A DNA stretch of 63,056 bases, counting the filler, from Collodictyon triciliatum (lineage: Eukaryota), in the NCBI GenBank assembly GCA_043381765.1. It is 12 parts of 12 records of this genome, joined end to end, with 100 filler letters (N's around TTAATTAATTAA, not from the genome) between each part and the next. Parts side by side here need not be neighbours in the genome. Positions count along the whole stretch, not along the records: positions 49,160 to 54,623 come from JBHJMP010005183.1; positions 54,724 to 60,177 come from JBHJMP010005184.1; positions 60,278 to 63,056 come from JBHJMP010005209.1; 9 more parts are not named here. One strand, 5' to 3'. A program made the position numbers and the translations under genes. The notes under the pieces are model-generated. The model was not told where the DNA came from and made no database searches. It saw only the letters and a list, made by a program, of their open reading frames with translations. Positions 50,803 to 63,056 of the stretch are shown in pieces (positions within the stretch are counted from its first letter, which is position 1; each line of letters begins with the position of its first letter).

Positions 50803-51654
50803 CACCTCGATCTCTTTAATAAAAAATAAAATAAAATAAAAAAAAAGCGAATTAAAATCCTTGGGAACAAAAAATGGAAAGGTTGTCGTGAGAGCAAGTA
50901 ATCATATCACATTTTCAGTATCTCGGTTATCATTAGTTGGTGGAGGGTATAATATTCAAGTACCGCGAACCCCAAGCTTCGATGCTTTGCTGGTTTAAAG
51001 CAAGGATTGACGAGATATTGATCAGCGATAAACAACGAGGGGGAAATACCAAATGCTCGCACACGAGAATAAAAAAAAGGAAAGGAAAATATGCATTCAT
51101 AAATAAATAAATAAATAAATAAATAATTAATATCTTCAGGTGCCTATAGTAGTATTAGAAAAGGTCTTTTAAAGAATTTAGTCAACTCCTGAGACGATTG
51201 CACAAACAATTGGTGAAGTTGCCTCCCAACATAACGCAACAATATGATAGTGTTGCTGGGAGAATGGTAGGAATCTGCGTCATGTGTTGACAGGAGATAT
51301 TATGAAACAACTACCTAAATTATAGTGTGAAGAAAAATGGCTAGGCCAATAGCGTTTTCTAAACAAGACACATCCCCTTTCGTCACTCCCTCGGCTTCCT
51401 AATGCAATAAAATCCCTGTATGGAATCCGTAGATGCATAATTTCCACAAATGGATAATTTCCTGCTCTATGCTCGGCTTATTATACATCTTTCTGCTGAG
51501 GAATATACCACCTTTCGATTGGTAAACCCAGTGCGCTAGTATCCAAGGTCTCATCACTTTTTTCACAAAGATAGTCCAGTGGTGTGGCTGCCAGGTAGAC
51601 CCGACAACCTGTTTTTTTAGAGGAAGGTGTATGCATATTTTGAAGGGTTAAAAG

Positions 51655-53572
51655 AACTTTCTTGAGTATATTTTTAGCGCTGTTAAAGTCTCTTGTCAAG
51701 AATACACTTTGTTTGCTCTCTGACCGATTGCATTCTTTACATATGAGACATATGCACAACTTTTTTGAATTTCCTTTCGGCTTCATATATTCCAGTTCTT
51801 TTTCACAGTTGCAACACACCTTGGAGGTTCTAAATTCATCTATACTAACTGCTTCAAAACGATTGGATAGTATTTTTCGTAATCCTCTTCCGATTGTTGG
51901 CTTATAATGTTTCATCTTACATTTTCTGCTCCAGTCTCCATACGCCAGTACAACATCCTTGCCAAATGTCTTTTCGATATGGACAATAAACAATAGTTCA
52001 CTTCTTTTTGTATTAACATACTGTCTCCATATCATCTTTCGAAAAGTTCGTGTTCATAAAATCTGGAAAGTTCTATCTGGTATCTTGATTTCATAGGTAC
52101 ATATTTTCGAAGTTTTTCATAATCGACCGTGCATGAATAATGTTTGGTCAGTTCTGTCTTTAATTCGATTAAGGATACTCTTGATGTCTCAAACTTCTGA
52201 TTCTCTTCAAAAGTCGTGGCACCAAAATAAACAGCACTTTGTAAATATGTTGCCATGCTTACCCTGAAGCATGTTTTTTTTCTTGCGCAGGAGTATTTTG
52301 TGATTTTTAAAGAGATTTGGTATCAAGTCTTGTTTGGTGTGCTGTGTAACGTAAACTTGCCTGTCTCATCCACCATGTAAACCAAATTAAACTTGCCTGT
52401 GTCCACTCCAACTATTTTTTTTATTTTTGTCTCTAATAAATAGCTGCTCTTCTGAATGTTCATCTATATAAACATATTCTTAGGTTTTTTTATTACATTG
52501 GAATTTTGAATTTGAAATACCTTTCTTTTCAAACAATAATGACAGCGCCAAGCTGTCTGTTTGTATCATGTATTTAAAATTGTAGTCCCTTTGATGAAAG
52601 ACCCTCTTCTTCATTTCAAAGAAATCATCCAATAGGGTCTCTTTGCATCTTGATATATTCTTCATTAATAATGATTTTCCAGTTGATACTAATAGACATG
52701 TCAAACATGCAGTATCTTGAGTAATGTGACATGGTATAATGGTAGTTCTCATAGAGATTGATTGAAACAGTTTGGCTCCATTGTCCTCAAAAATGCGATT
52801 AATGTAAATCAGACATGAAATGAACTTATTTGAATTGACTTTGGCGTCATATTTGATATCATTTACAATATCGCTGGGAATGATATGATGCATATGCGTT
52901 TTAGCCCATTCTTTGTATTGTTCTGGTATTTCGAGATTCTTGAAGATGATTTTTTTAACTTTCGTAACTCTGCCTTTTTAATTGCTTCCGTAATATTCCC
53001 ATATTTAGGAACTGTTTGATTTATAAAGTGCAGTAGCCTCTTTACAAAATGTTCCTTAATATTACTATGATAAGTTGTTAGCACTTGTTTCGCCAAGTAA
53101 GGTAATACAGGACAGTACAACCAACAGAAAGCGTTCTTCTTGGGACAAAAGGAATCGAAAATCATTGAGATAAAATGTCATCAAGTCATCTCTCATTTCT
53201 GGATGTTTTAAACTTGCGGGTCTATCTTGTGTAACTATTCCGACTGCCTTTAAAGCGCACAAAAAAAACCATTTCATCGATTGCTAGGAGTTGTTGTGAT
53301 TTCAATATGTAACATCTTGCGAACAGATAAGTGTCGGTAACCAAATTATGACACAATAAGACTGTATCGGGGGGGGGGGGGGGGGGNNNNNNNNNNGAGT
53401 GGAGAGGGGGGGGGGGGTGTGTGGGGGGGGGTGGGGGGGGGGGGGGGGGGGGTTTGATTTTTTAATAGTCATCCGCATTCTTTACAATCGACTAAAGAGA
53501 TGTTTTCACATTTCGATAGTCTGGTTTTACAGACCTTAAATTCTCAAACCCAAGATGTTTTCTTTTCTTCAT
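51655..53572 (-). pseudogene. Fanzor1 (eukaryotic TnpB-like RNA-guided nuclease), disrupted by frameshifts, stops and a poly-G/N tract
   Basis: Ordered motifs: N-terminal MKKRK..YRNVKTSL*SIVKN; LVTDTYLFARCYIL; LPYLAKQV..NIKEHFVKRL; YMIQTD; RuvC-I IVGVDTGK (Asp 52401-52403); LRYTAHQ; LAYGDWS; RuvC-II IDEFRTSKVCCNC (Glu 51835-51837); CKEC; RuvC-III TRDFNSAKNIL (Asp 51688-51690). Confidence 0.9.
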
Positions 53573-54529
53573 AAGAAAGTCTTTGTTTAACTTTTTTCCT
53601 TTAGAAAACCACCGAGTTTTCAATTTTAATAAAACTTTAGTCAATCAGTCAATTGGTCAATTTAATATAAAAAATAATCAACTGCATAAAATTAAGCATT
53701 TATCGAGACTTTCAAGATGTGCGCATTGTGGCCAACAAACACACAAAGTTTTTTTATAAATGATTTGAGACAAAACGCTGAGAGCCGATTCGGTGAGTTC
53801 GAAAGGACGGCCGTATGGCCGTTGCGACTGAAAGTTAACATATCAACCCAAACAGCATGATTACCGCTGCAAGTGTCGATAGTATGCTTTTTTGAAATGC
53901 ATGTTTGGTGGCAGGTTTACAGGTGGGCTCTGTCTGGGCCAAGGCAAGGGCTTGTTTGTAATCTTTGGATTTTAATGATAATGTCGCACAAATGAAAAAT
54001 AAAACATAAATTGATTACAGAAATAGTATGATATTATTATGTATTTATAACCTTATTATATATACTAATTATACTATTATATTATTCAGGTTGTTTATGA
54101 TTCAACAAAGCACCTGCTTTCATCAATCCATATTTAATTTGATGGTTGTCTGTGCAACAAGCTGCTATGTAGGGATACACTTTCGTTGTATAAAAAGTGT
54201 TGTGCCTGAAAGGGATAAAACCGAGTTCGGCACAACCTTTGTAATGAAGTCTATCCATTTACAGACTGAATGTGACCAGAAGAGTAAAGAGGGAAAAGAA
54301 AAGAAAAGAAAAAAAAGAAAAAAAAGAAAAAAAGAAAAAAAGAAAAAAAAGAAAAAAAGAAAAAAAGAAAAAAAGAAAAAAAGAAAAAAAGAAAAGAAAA
54401 GACAAGAAAAAAGAAAAAAAGAAAAAATAATCAGAGCAACTAATACTGAGCACTGTAATCATAATTATCTTGCTACCCGTGGGTTGATGGCTTGAGCTCG
54501 ATCTGTCTTTTTTTGTTCCCCTTTTTATA

Positions 54530-54623
<94 letters not shown>

Positions 54624-54753
54624 NNNNNNNNNNNNNNNNNNNNNNNNNNNNNNNNNNNNNNNNNNNNTTAATTAATTAANNNNNNNNNNNNNNNNNNNNN
54701 NNNNNNNNNNNNNNNNNNNNNNNAATTCATGTTTTTTTTTTTTTTTGGAATGC

Positions 54754-54847
<94 letters not shown>

Positions 54848-54929
54848 CGCTTTATCTGTTAATTTATCTTTTGGGGTGGGATTAAATACTACTTTTGTAT
54901 GAAGATGGCATCTTCTCTTCTTGAGATGG

Positions 54930-55891
54930 AGAGCATGGCTCACAGAATGAGGCCCGGGGCATTGGATAATACACGGCAACGAGTTCTACAGCACATGATT
55001 CAGGTTTGTGTCTGAGTTTCCGATTATTTGTATTATTATTTATTTATTTATTTGCTCTCTTTCTTCTCTTCTTGCACAATGGTGAATTTCTCCAATCAAT
55101 TTGCAGGAGTTTGTTGAGCGTCTCGACGATATGGCAGACATATATCCATGTGCAAAATCAGCGTAATTTTTTATCCAATAGACAACAGACTGATGAGGAA
55201 GCATTCTTTTTGTTTTTCTGTATAGATTTCCCCAAGCAAGACATGATTAAAAATATGAACCATTCTACTACTTGATGATTCAAAGCAAAAACAAAAGCAA
55301 AAGACAAAGACAAAGATAAATGTTCATCTATCTTCCAATCAATAGCCATCTCCTTTGGTACGGGGTGATGAAATGGACGAAGGGAAACGAAGAGCGCGCC
55401 ATTTCATACTGGGAGGATTGCATCGAAGAGGCCCAAAAGACAAAGATGCTTCCCGACATGGTTTGGCAATTCCCCACAGACAAACACGCCAATAGCAATT
55501 ATATCTCCCGTCGATGCGCCAAAGCCGCTCTCTTGTTCCTTGTTCTTTGTTCTTTGTTCTTTGTTCTTTGTTCTTTGTTCTTTGTTCTTTGTTCTTTGTT
55601 CTTTGTTCTTTGTTCTTTGTTCTTTGTTCTTTGTTCTTTGTTCTTTGTTCTTGCATCGCCATCATCATTTTCATCACAAGTCTTCTCATCACCACATGGC
55701 TTCCGTATATGCTCCCTCTGATCTTCAAGGCGCGGGCTCATTTTGAAATCGGCCGCCACGCATCGTCGGGCTCCGAGTCGCGGACCGAGAACCTGTCCAA
55801 GAGCGTGCGGCTGTTTGCGGACATGAGGGCTGGGTACTGGGCCACACGAGCGCAGCAGGAGTTGACGGCAGTGCCCATTGCACCCATGTAA
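54930..55891 (+). CDS. C-terminal exons of a TPR-like helical protein (resembles the tail of soluble adenylyl cyclase/STAND-type proteins)
   Basis: The exons read HLLWYGVMKWTKGNEERAISYWEDCIEEAQKTKMLPDM|ARAHFEIGRH...RTENLSKSVRLFADMRAGYWATRAQQEL. The 5' part is outside the contig. Confidence 0.55.
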
Positions 55892-56404
55892 GAACACATC
55901 GCGCTAGACAACCGCTCCTCTGGAGATAAAATGTGATAAAATGATGATGATGGTGATGGTGATGATGATGATGATGGTGGTGTGAAAGTAAATAAAGAGC
56001 GAAAAGAGCAATATCTGGAAATATCGACAGAGGAGCGATACAGCCCTTTTCCAAATGTGGTTGTTGATTCCAGAATAAGAAAATTCCATATTCGCTATAA
56101 TGTGCTAATTGTAGCTGGTTTCGATCTGCTTATTTTTTTCCCATCGATTTTTGTTTGATATTTCTGAAGAATAATTGCTTCACGGTTTCTTTTTTTTTGC
56201 CAAAGAATTGGCAGCCGCGCGGACTTGTGACCGATTCCCATCATTCTTGGTGTTCCTATGAGTCCTTCTCTGTTGTTATTATTATTGTTGTTAGTATTAT
56301 TCTTATTACCAAAGAGAAAAGAAAGAAAAAGATGAGGACTGATGCCCAGGAATCACTCTCGTTGTTCTGCGTTCAAATAGTTACTCAGCACACAAGCAGA
56401 CTCG

Positions 56405-59400
56405 ATGAAGGCGTCTGCAGCGAAAAAAGCAGGCCCGATTTCTCACGTGTCTCAGCACAAAAGCCAAAAACCTCCTTTAAAAACACCCACGGTTGAGTCA
56501 GAGTCCGGATCAGAGTTTTCCACAGAAGCGATCATCAGACGAAACGCACAGGATCTTGAGCGTCTTCAGCGGTTTCGTTCTATTCCATCAAGTCAATTGA
56601 TTTGCCGTAGTGCTGACTGATTATTTCATTTCATTCTTCATATCAGGCATACACGTAATAAAAAACGATTTGCCTCATATCTCATTTCCTTATTCTTTCT
56701 GTTAACAACCTTCATGCGCCTCATGCAACACATAAAAGAACGTGGCAGGAACTCGAGTCTGTGCAGCATAAACTCCAATATCTGCGCACTGCACTTGACG
56801 AATCGGGGCTTCTCTCGTCAGAACACAGCTCGCAGATCAGCAACATTGCTTCTGATTTATCTCGGTCAAAAAGAGCTGTCTGGGACTGTTCTCCATGATT
56901 TTATTTTTTGTTTTTGTTTTTGTTCTTGTTCTTGTTTTTGTTTTTGTTTTTTGTTTTTGTTTTTTGTTTTTTGTTTGTTTTTGTTTTTGTTTTTGTTTTT
57001 GTTTTTGTTTTTGTTTTTGTTTTTGTTTTTGTTTTTGTTTTTGTTTTAGTACTTGTTGTCGTCGAGTAACACATTGAATGGGTATGTGTGTTGCATATCA
57101 GGTTCCAGTCGGCAGAAAAAAGATTTACGAAATTGAGGATTCATCATCGAATGCATCAGACGTCCCGAGTGGATTGTTTCGCCCAGCTGATGATGAAATG
57201 ACTCGCAAAAGTATTGATTTTTATTCTTTGCTTCTTTTTATGATAATTTTTTTTTTGTCCATCCTGCACAAAATTGAAAGGAAGAATAAAAAAAATGATA
57301 ATTTTTTTGTGAACATCACATATTTATGCCTTCGCCAAGAGAGGGAAAAGCTCCATTGGGACTGGAATCCCCAGAGCATCTTCATATTAATTATTTATAT
57401 TGTTGCTATTGTAACTGTCAACTTCATCATAACCATTCGCCTGATACTTGTCTTATCACTTGTGTGATGCATCTAAGTCCTACGAGACTACTACAAGTAC
57501 CGTCGAGAAAGATCAGTCTCTGATGCTTCAAGCCTAACCTCGAGCGCACACTCGAGTCGAAGTGGTCACTCCGTAAAGTTTAATTGAAAAATACCAACAT
57601 CATACGTTGAAAAGTCATCTAAGGGAACAATCGTTGGATTCATCTAATTGGCGCACCCTGCTTCTAACTGGCTCGAGAATAGACCAATTCAGCAATATTT
57701 ACACATATTTTTGGATGCTACCGAGTGAAAGATCCCACTTTTAACCACGCTGTAGAAAGCAAGTCGAGCGAAAGATGCTTCTCGTCCAGAATCACGTTTT
57801 GGGCCGCGGCCGCCGTCCCGTAAAAGTCAGTATGCCAATACCTTAGATGATGACACTTCTGTGTCTCTCAGCAATCTGAGCGATGATTTGAAGCGTGGAC
57901 TTATGGTCAGTGCCACTTATAATTTTTCAAATATTGAATGCACCGTTATTATTGAGAAAAGTATAATTTTCTCAAATATGTCACAACACTCGTTAGAGTG
58001 TATCTGTTGCTCCGGCACGAGACGAACTCACTTATGTGAATCCCAGACGTCCAGCAGTAATCGATCAATTTTGAATCTGACATAAATTAATCCTGGCTTC
58101 TCTTTTGTTTGCGTTTTATGATTTTTTTTTGTTTTTGTTTTTTGTCTTTGTCTTTGTCTTTGTCTTTGTCTTTGTCTTTGTCTTTGTCTTTGTCTTTGTC
58201 TTTGTCTTTGTCTTTGTCTTTGTCTTTGTCTTTGTCTTTGTCTTTGTATTTGTATTTGTCTTTGTCTTTGTCTTTGTTTTTTTATGAACTTGGTCACGCT
58301 TTTTTTATTTCAACTGGAAATTATTTACTGCACCTCATGAAATGATTCACAAATATATTGATATTGCAGAATCCGATTTATTCCCCGCCAAAGATAAGTG
58401 CTGAAAAGCCTGTGAATTTGAGTAAGTATTCTAGCCATGTAATTATCGTTTATTATGAAACTCCTGTTTGTTTAAATTTGTTGCTGAGAGGTAGCGAGAA
58501 AGAAAATCGATAAAATAATATACTATCAAAACTTGGCAACTATTTATATTATAGTATCAGAAGTATACAGCATCTAGTATTTCAATATTATTTTCATCAG
58601 ACTCGCCAGCCAAGCGACCAATCCAACAGCAACACCAGATGCCACCAAAGCAAATGTAATGAGGCTCACATACTTACTCCTTTGTTAATATAAGTAACCT
58701 TTTACATTCACTACAGCTACCTACGTATTATCTAAAAGACAGTATTTTTCTTCAAGTGGTAGTTGTGTGGTTAGGGTTTATGATTCTTATATTTTCACCA
58801 TCCCAGATACAGACCACCTCTTGTCCAAGCGCCATTCTCTGATGCCGAAAGCTCCTTCGCTTCGACCGACTGTTTGTATTCCATAATTCATCTCATATGA
58901 GACTAATTTATTCATGGATAAGCATGAAGTCCAGATGGGCAAAATAAATGATGACCACTAAGTGATTACCATGTCTTGCGAGAATTGTTTCCGTACTTCA
59001 TCATTTTTTTTTGGTTCAATAGTTGGAGATGCGAGCACAGCAAACTCCACAGCAAACTCCGCAGCTACCACTGAAATCGACATGGAAGATCTGAAACTTG
59101 CTGTAAGATACAGTCGTACTCTACCCGAAGAAAAACGGCACTCATTCTTCGAGGAGTTTGTGCAATACTTCCGTGGTTTTGAAGATGTAGCTAATAGTTC
59201 TTCACTTTAATCATTTTTTCACTTTGATTCGCTTTATATTCAAAAATACAATCTCCCTTCTCCTCTCTCTTGAGACTCTTGTAATGTTTCGTTGATGAAT
59301 TGTTTCAAATTAACGGGAAAAAAGAAAAAAAAGGAGGTATTATTATATTCTTCGTATTTCAGTCAGATCTTAATTAGAAAAAATAATAGAGCACATTCAG

Positions 59401-60050
59401 CTCAAATCATAGCCGTGCGGATGATTCCTATTCATATGCACCTTCACAACGCAGTATCTCCCGCTCGTCAGTGTCATCATCAGTTGCACGCAAGAGAAAA
59501 AGTAATAGCCAAAGATATTATTCATAGTCATGATCATGATAATAATAATAAAATAATACGTCCCTTCAGATATCTATCTCAATAAAGTAGCTGTGTGATT
59601 CTCAAACCCCTTATCCATAGCAGAGCAGAAACCGATGGAAGATATACCTTCTCCCCTTGACTTAAAACTCGTAATTATATTTATGACACACAATTTTCAA
59701 GAGACAATCTGATATTTTTTAACATATTTCTGGAAGGCAATTTATGTTATCAAATTAAACAAATGAAAACATCTATGCACGATACGTAGTACATCGAGAG
59801 AAACTCTCGAAATGAAGAGAGATTGCTCGCTCTTGTCGAGACGCTGAAAAAGTGGCCTTTATTTTTATCCATCGATCTCTATAGATATTCACACTCGCAT
59901 ATCTTTATTATTATTCTCGAAATTTGGAGGTTGACTTAGATTAATGCGCATGCTTTAAATTATCAGAATCGAATCAGGAGCTCTTCGAAAAAAAGCTGAA
60001 GGGATGCTATTTTCCACAAGGTCTCCAACGAAAAAGCCCCAGTCAGTCTA
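56405..60050 (+). CDS. Multi-exon hypothetical protein, low complexity then coiled-coil-like (partial)
   Basis: Many short GT-AG-bounded coding-like segments (e.g. 57103-57210, 59022-59186). The exon structure is not fully resolved. Confidence 0.4.
57259..57294 (+). mobile_element. Extremely 5'-truncated LINE insertion (~36 bp) with target-site duplication
   Basis: CCATCCTGCACAAAATTGAAAGGAAGAAT-An is flanked by ATGATAA-T10-GT (57240-57258) and ATGATAA-T7-GT (57295-57310). Confidence 0.85.
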
Positions 60051-60499
60051 TGTTAAAATTTTTATTCAAATTAAGCTACTTTCTTCAAGTCATCATCATC
60101 CTTTGTTGTATTTTCTCTCGGAAGTTGCTTACGAGACGCCATTTGTAGACCATTATCCATAGAAAATGCATCACGCANNNNNNNNNNNNNNNNNNNNNNN
60201 NNNNNNNNNNNNNNNNNNNNNTTAATTAATTAANNNNNNNNNNNNNNNNNNNNNNNNNNNNNNNNNNNNNNNNNNNNTCTCTCTTTCTCTCTTTCTCTCT
60301 TTCTCTCTTTCTCTCTTTCTCTCTTTCTCTCTTTCTCTCTTTCTCTCTTTCTCTCTTTCTCTCTTTCTCTCTTTTTGTTTTTTTGTTTTTTTTTGTTTTT
60401 TTGTTTTTTTTTTATTAGCATAATATCGTACACCAATATACATCCACTCTTCTGTATTCTTTATTCTAAATTATGTCGTCCAACACTAGAATCTACATT

Positions 60500-62059
60500 A
60501 GACATTTCGAGAATCGCTCAGGACAATTGGTTCAATAAATGCTACTCGATGAAGAGCCAAGGACGAGAGACAGCAAAGCTTTTGTTAAAAATCAAGTAAC
60601 CTTTTAGAATCGCAACATGGGCTTCTGTTTTCGGAAACTAACATGCAAATACAAAATAATGGATACCTGTTGGACATTCAGCCTTTTCACAACACTCCTA
60701 TTATTTAAATTAAACAGGGTGAATAGTGATGATACTACTGATGTTGCTACTCCATTAAGTTCAGAGGCACCAGAAGGTTGTTTTTTATTTTGATAATTAT
60801 AATACCTGAAATAGTATGTAATACATTTTTCATTCTTCATTTTTCATTTATTGCTGTATTAACAATTCGGTAAATTATGCTCTAGACTTGTATCTCGAGT
60901 CGCCCACCATAAATCATCCATATAAAGAGCCACAATCCGAGTCAGAACAGCTCTTACCTTTGTTGCAAGATTTGCGCGTAGAAAGGGAGCAAAATGCTCT
61001 CTTGCGCATGGTAATGTGTTGTTATTTTGACGGGGAATACGCATATAATGATATTTTTAAAATATTGGATTTATATAAAAAAAAATATAGACACTGAAAG
61101 AGGAAAGAGAAAGAAACTTGACTCTAGAATCAAGACTGAAAGAAACAGAGGAGGACCTGCATAATCACATTCGAAGAACTGAATTCATGGCCGTAATAGA
61201 CTCAGTCTTATTAAATGTCCCTTTTTTTTCAAAAAAAAACCAAAACAATAATGATAATGATGATACTAACAGAAACAATAATATTAATCGTTAAGTAATT
61301 TAGCGCCTAATTTTTCACAACATCATTTTTTGTAATAGATGGATGCAACAAATGCTCGACAGTACCGCATGCTGAATACTGAATTAGAGCGGGAACTCAT
61401 GATCCAAAGACCACCAGGGGAATCTTCGAAGTCCAGGTCTCGTCCTGTTTATTAATGATTAATTAGATAAAATCATTCGCATTGTGCATGTCATTTAAAT
61501 GCGTACGTCGTTTGTATTCAAAATGTTATCATGCTTTTATTTTTCATATTATTTGTGTTGTAGATATTATATTGCAGTATATTATATCTAATTTTTGGTT
61601 CTAAAAATCATAGTTCTGCAAAGGATACCGAGCTATTCGTTTTGAAAGTAAACCTATTTGTACAGGAGAATGTGTAATAAGATTTGATAATTCGTCTTAT
61701 CCTCTCCATTATCTTTTTCGTATTCGCCCTATCTTTCTCTCTTTGTTTCTCTTTGTTTCTCTTTGTTTCTCTTTGTTTCTTTTTGTTTCTCTTTGTTTCT
61801 CTTCAGGAGGAGAATCGGAAGTTACAGGAAAGGATTGATGAGTTGGAAATGAAATCAATCGAGCTCAGGTCTCAGCGAAAGATATTTGTGAATGTCCTCC
61901 ATCCTACAGAATTCACCAATGAGAGATTTATGCTGCAAGTAGAAGAAATAATCAAGGAGTATGAGGTTTGTGCTGGAACTATCCCCTGTATCTAAATATT
62001 TTTCAGTATGATACTAAATAAATTAATGAGTTTGTAATGGAACCCTGGGGTCCCTCCAA

Positions 62060-62157
<98 letters not shown>

Positions 62158-62612
62158 AAAAGAAATTCCTTTGAAGGGTAAATTACGAGCAAAAGATGAG
62201 ATTCTTAGGAAGAAGGAAGCTGACTTTTACTCAGCAAGGAAGGATGTAGAATTGAAGAGTTTGTGGATTTACCTTTCATATAGGTTCAGTATATCTTAAA
62301 ATATATTTGCTCTTAATTTTTCTGATCCAGCCATCTCATTTAGATGTTAGGATACTAGAACTTCAAGATAGTTATAAAACACTGCACTCGAGATACACAG
62401 AAGTTCTTCTTTCAAATTAGATGTCCAAAAAAATATTAGCTTTTATTTTTATTTTTTTATTTTTAGATGAATCTATTTGTCATTTGTAACACTCTCATTA
62501 GATTGAAAAGGAGCTAAACGAACAAAGGGTAGCTATGGGAGTAATGAACAGGCATGTAAGGCAAACTACAGACCAATTGGAAGAAGAACGCATTCGGGCA
62601 CAACGTCTTGTA
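60500..62612 (+). CDS. Internal exons of a coiled-coil protein (partial)
   Basis: Heptad-like exons such as LLQDLRVEREQNALLRM, TLKEERERNLTLESRLKETEEDL and EENRKLQERIDELEMKSIELRSQR are separated by GT-AG introns. Confidence 0.55.
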
Positions 62613-62973
62613 ATACCCTCTTTGAACGTGATTGCCATCATTTTATTTATTACCATGTTTATTTAAGGTCAATCCAACTTTCTGTGTTATGTCATTTAAT
62701 GACAATTCAAATAAATTGTTGCTCGTTTCGCTGCCCGTTACTATCATTAATTTTGTTGTTTTCTTTAAAATATGTAATATGCATCTTTCTCAATATTATA
62801 TATCCTTTTATTTTATTTTTATTCATTCTGAACCCTTTTTGTAAACCACTTGCCTTAGCAATCCCAGGCATCATCGCCTTACCCACGCACCAGTACCACC
62901 CCAACCCGCCGAAGCACTGCACGCAAGCCTCTCGGTTCTTAAGGAGCACGACAAAAACACCACCACCACCACC

Positions 62974-63055
<82 letters not shown>

Positions 63056-63056
63056 C

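Noticed and set aside
52175-52262. Possible spliceosomal intron in the Fanzor gene (G|GTAAGC on the minus strand)
   Set aside because: The donor is good, but I could not fix an acceptor with confidence. In a decayed copy it cannot be told apart from an ordinary insertion.
53368-53452. Poly-G tract inside the Fanzor N-terminus as a functional G-quadruplex
   Set aside because: It surrounds an N gap and interrupts the reading frame, so a homopolymer expansion or sequencing/assembly artefact is more likely.

Overview
This is intron-rich, microsatellite-rich eukaryotic (protist-like) DNA. It is not one locus: about 12 separate contigs of ~4.5-5.5 kb are joined by artificial N-TTAATTAATTAA-N linkers, so gene order across linkers has no meaning. 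Host genes, mostly partial and multi-exon, include a DOCK1-5-type Rac GEF, three Myb proteins that share a C-terminal motif, an FLVCR-like MFS transporter, an amino-acid transporter, a pseudokinase-SEL1 protein and several hypothetical proteins. The most notable contig (16703-22161) holds a fragment of an endogenous Polinton-like virus (PLV). It has an intact 526-aa double-jelly-roll-type major capsid protein gene, compact intronless neighbouring ORFs, a 124-bp tandem repeat and an apparent junction to host DNA. Its genes carry a TCT(A) motif at about -14 to -10 from the ATG and stem-loops after their stop codons, resembling giant-virus late promoters and hairpin terminators, which hints at a virophage-like lifestyle. 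The window also has a frameshifted Fanzor1 (TnpB-like RNA-guided nuclease) pseudogene at 51655-53572 and several pieces of an L1/Tx1-type LINE family, one with a clear target-site duplication. All family calls come from motif recognition by eye, not database searches.
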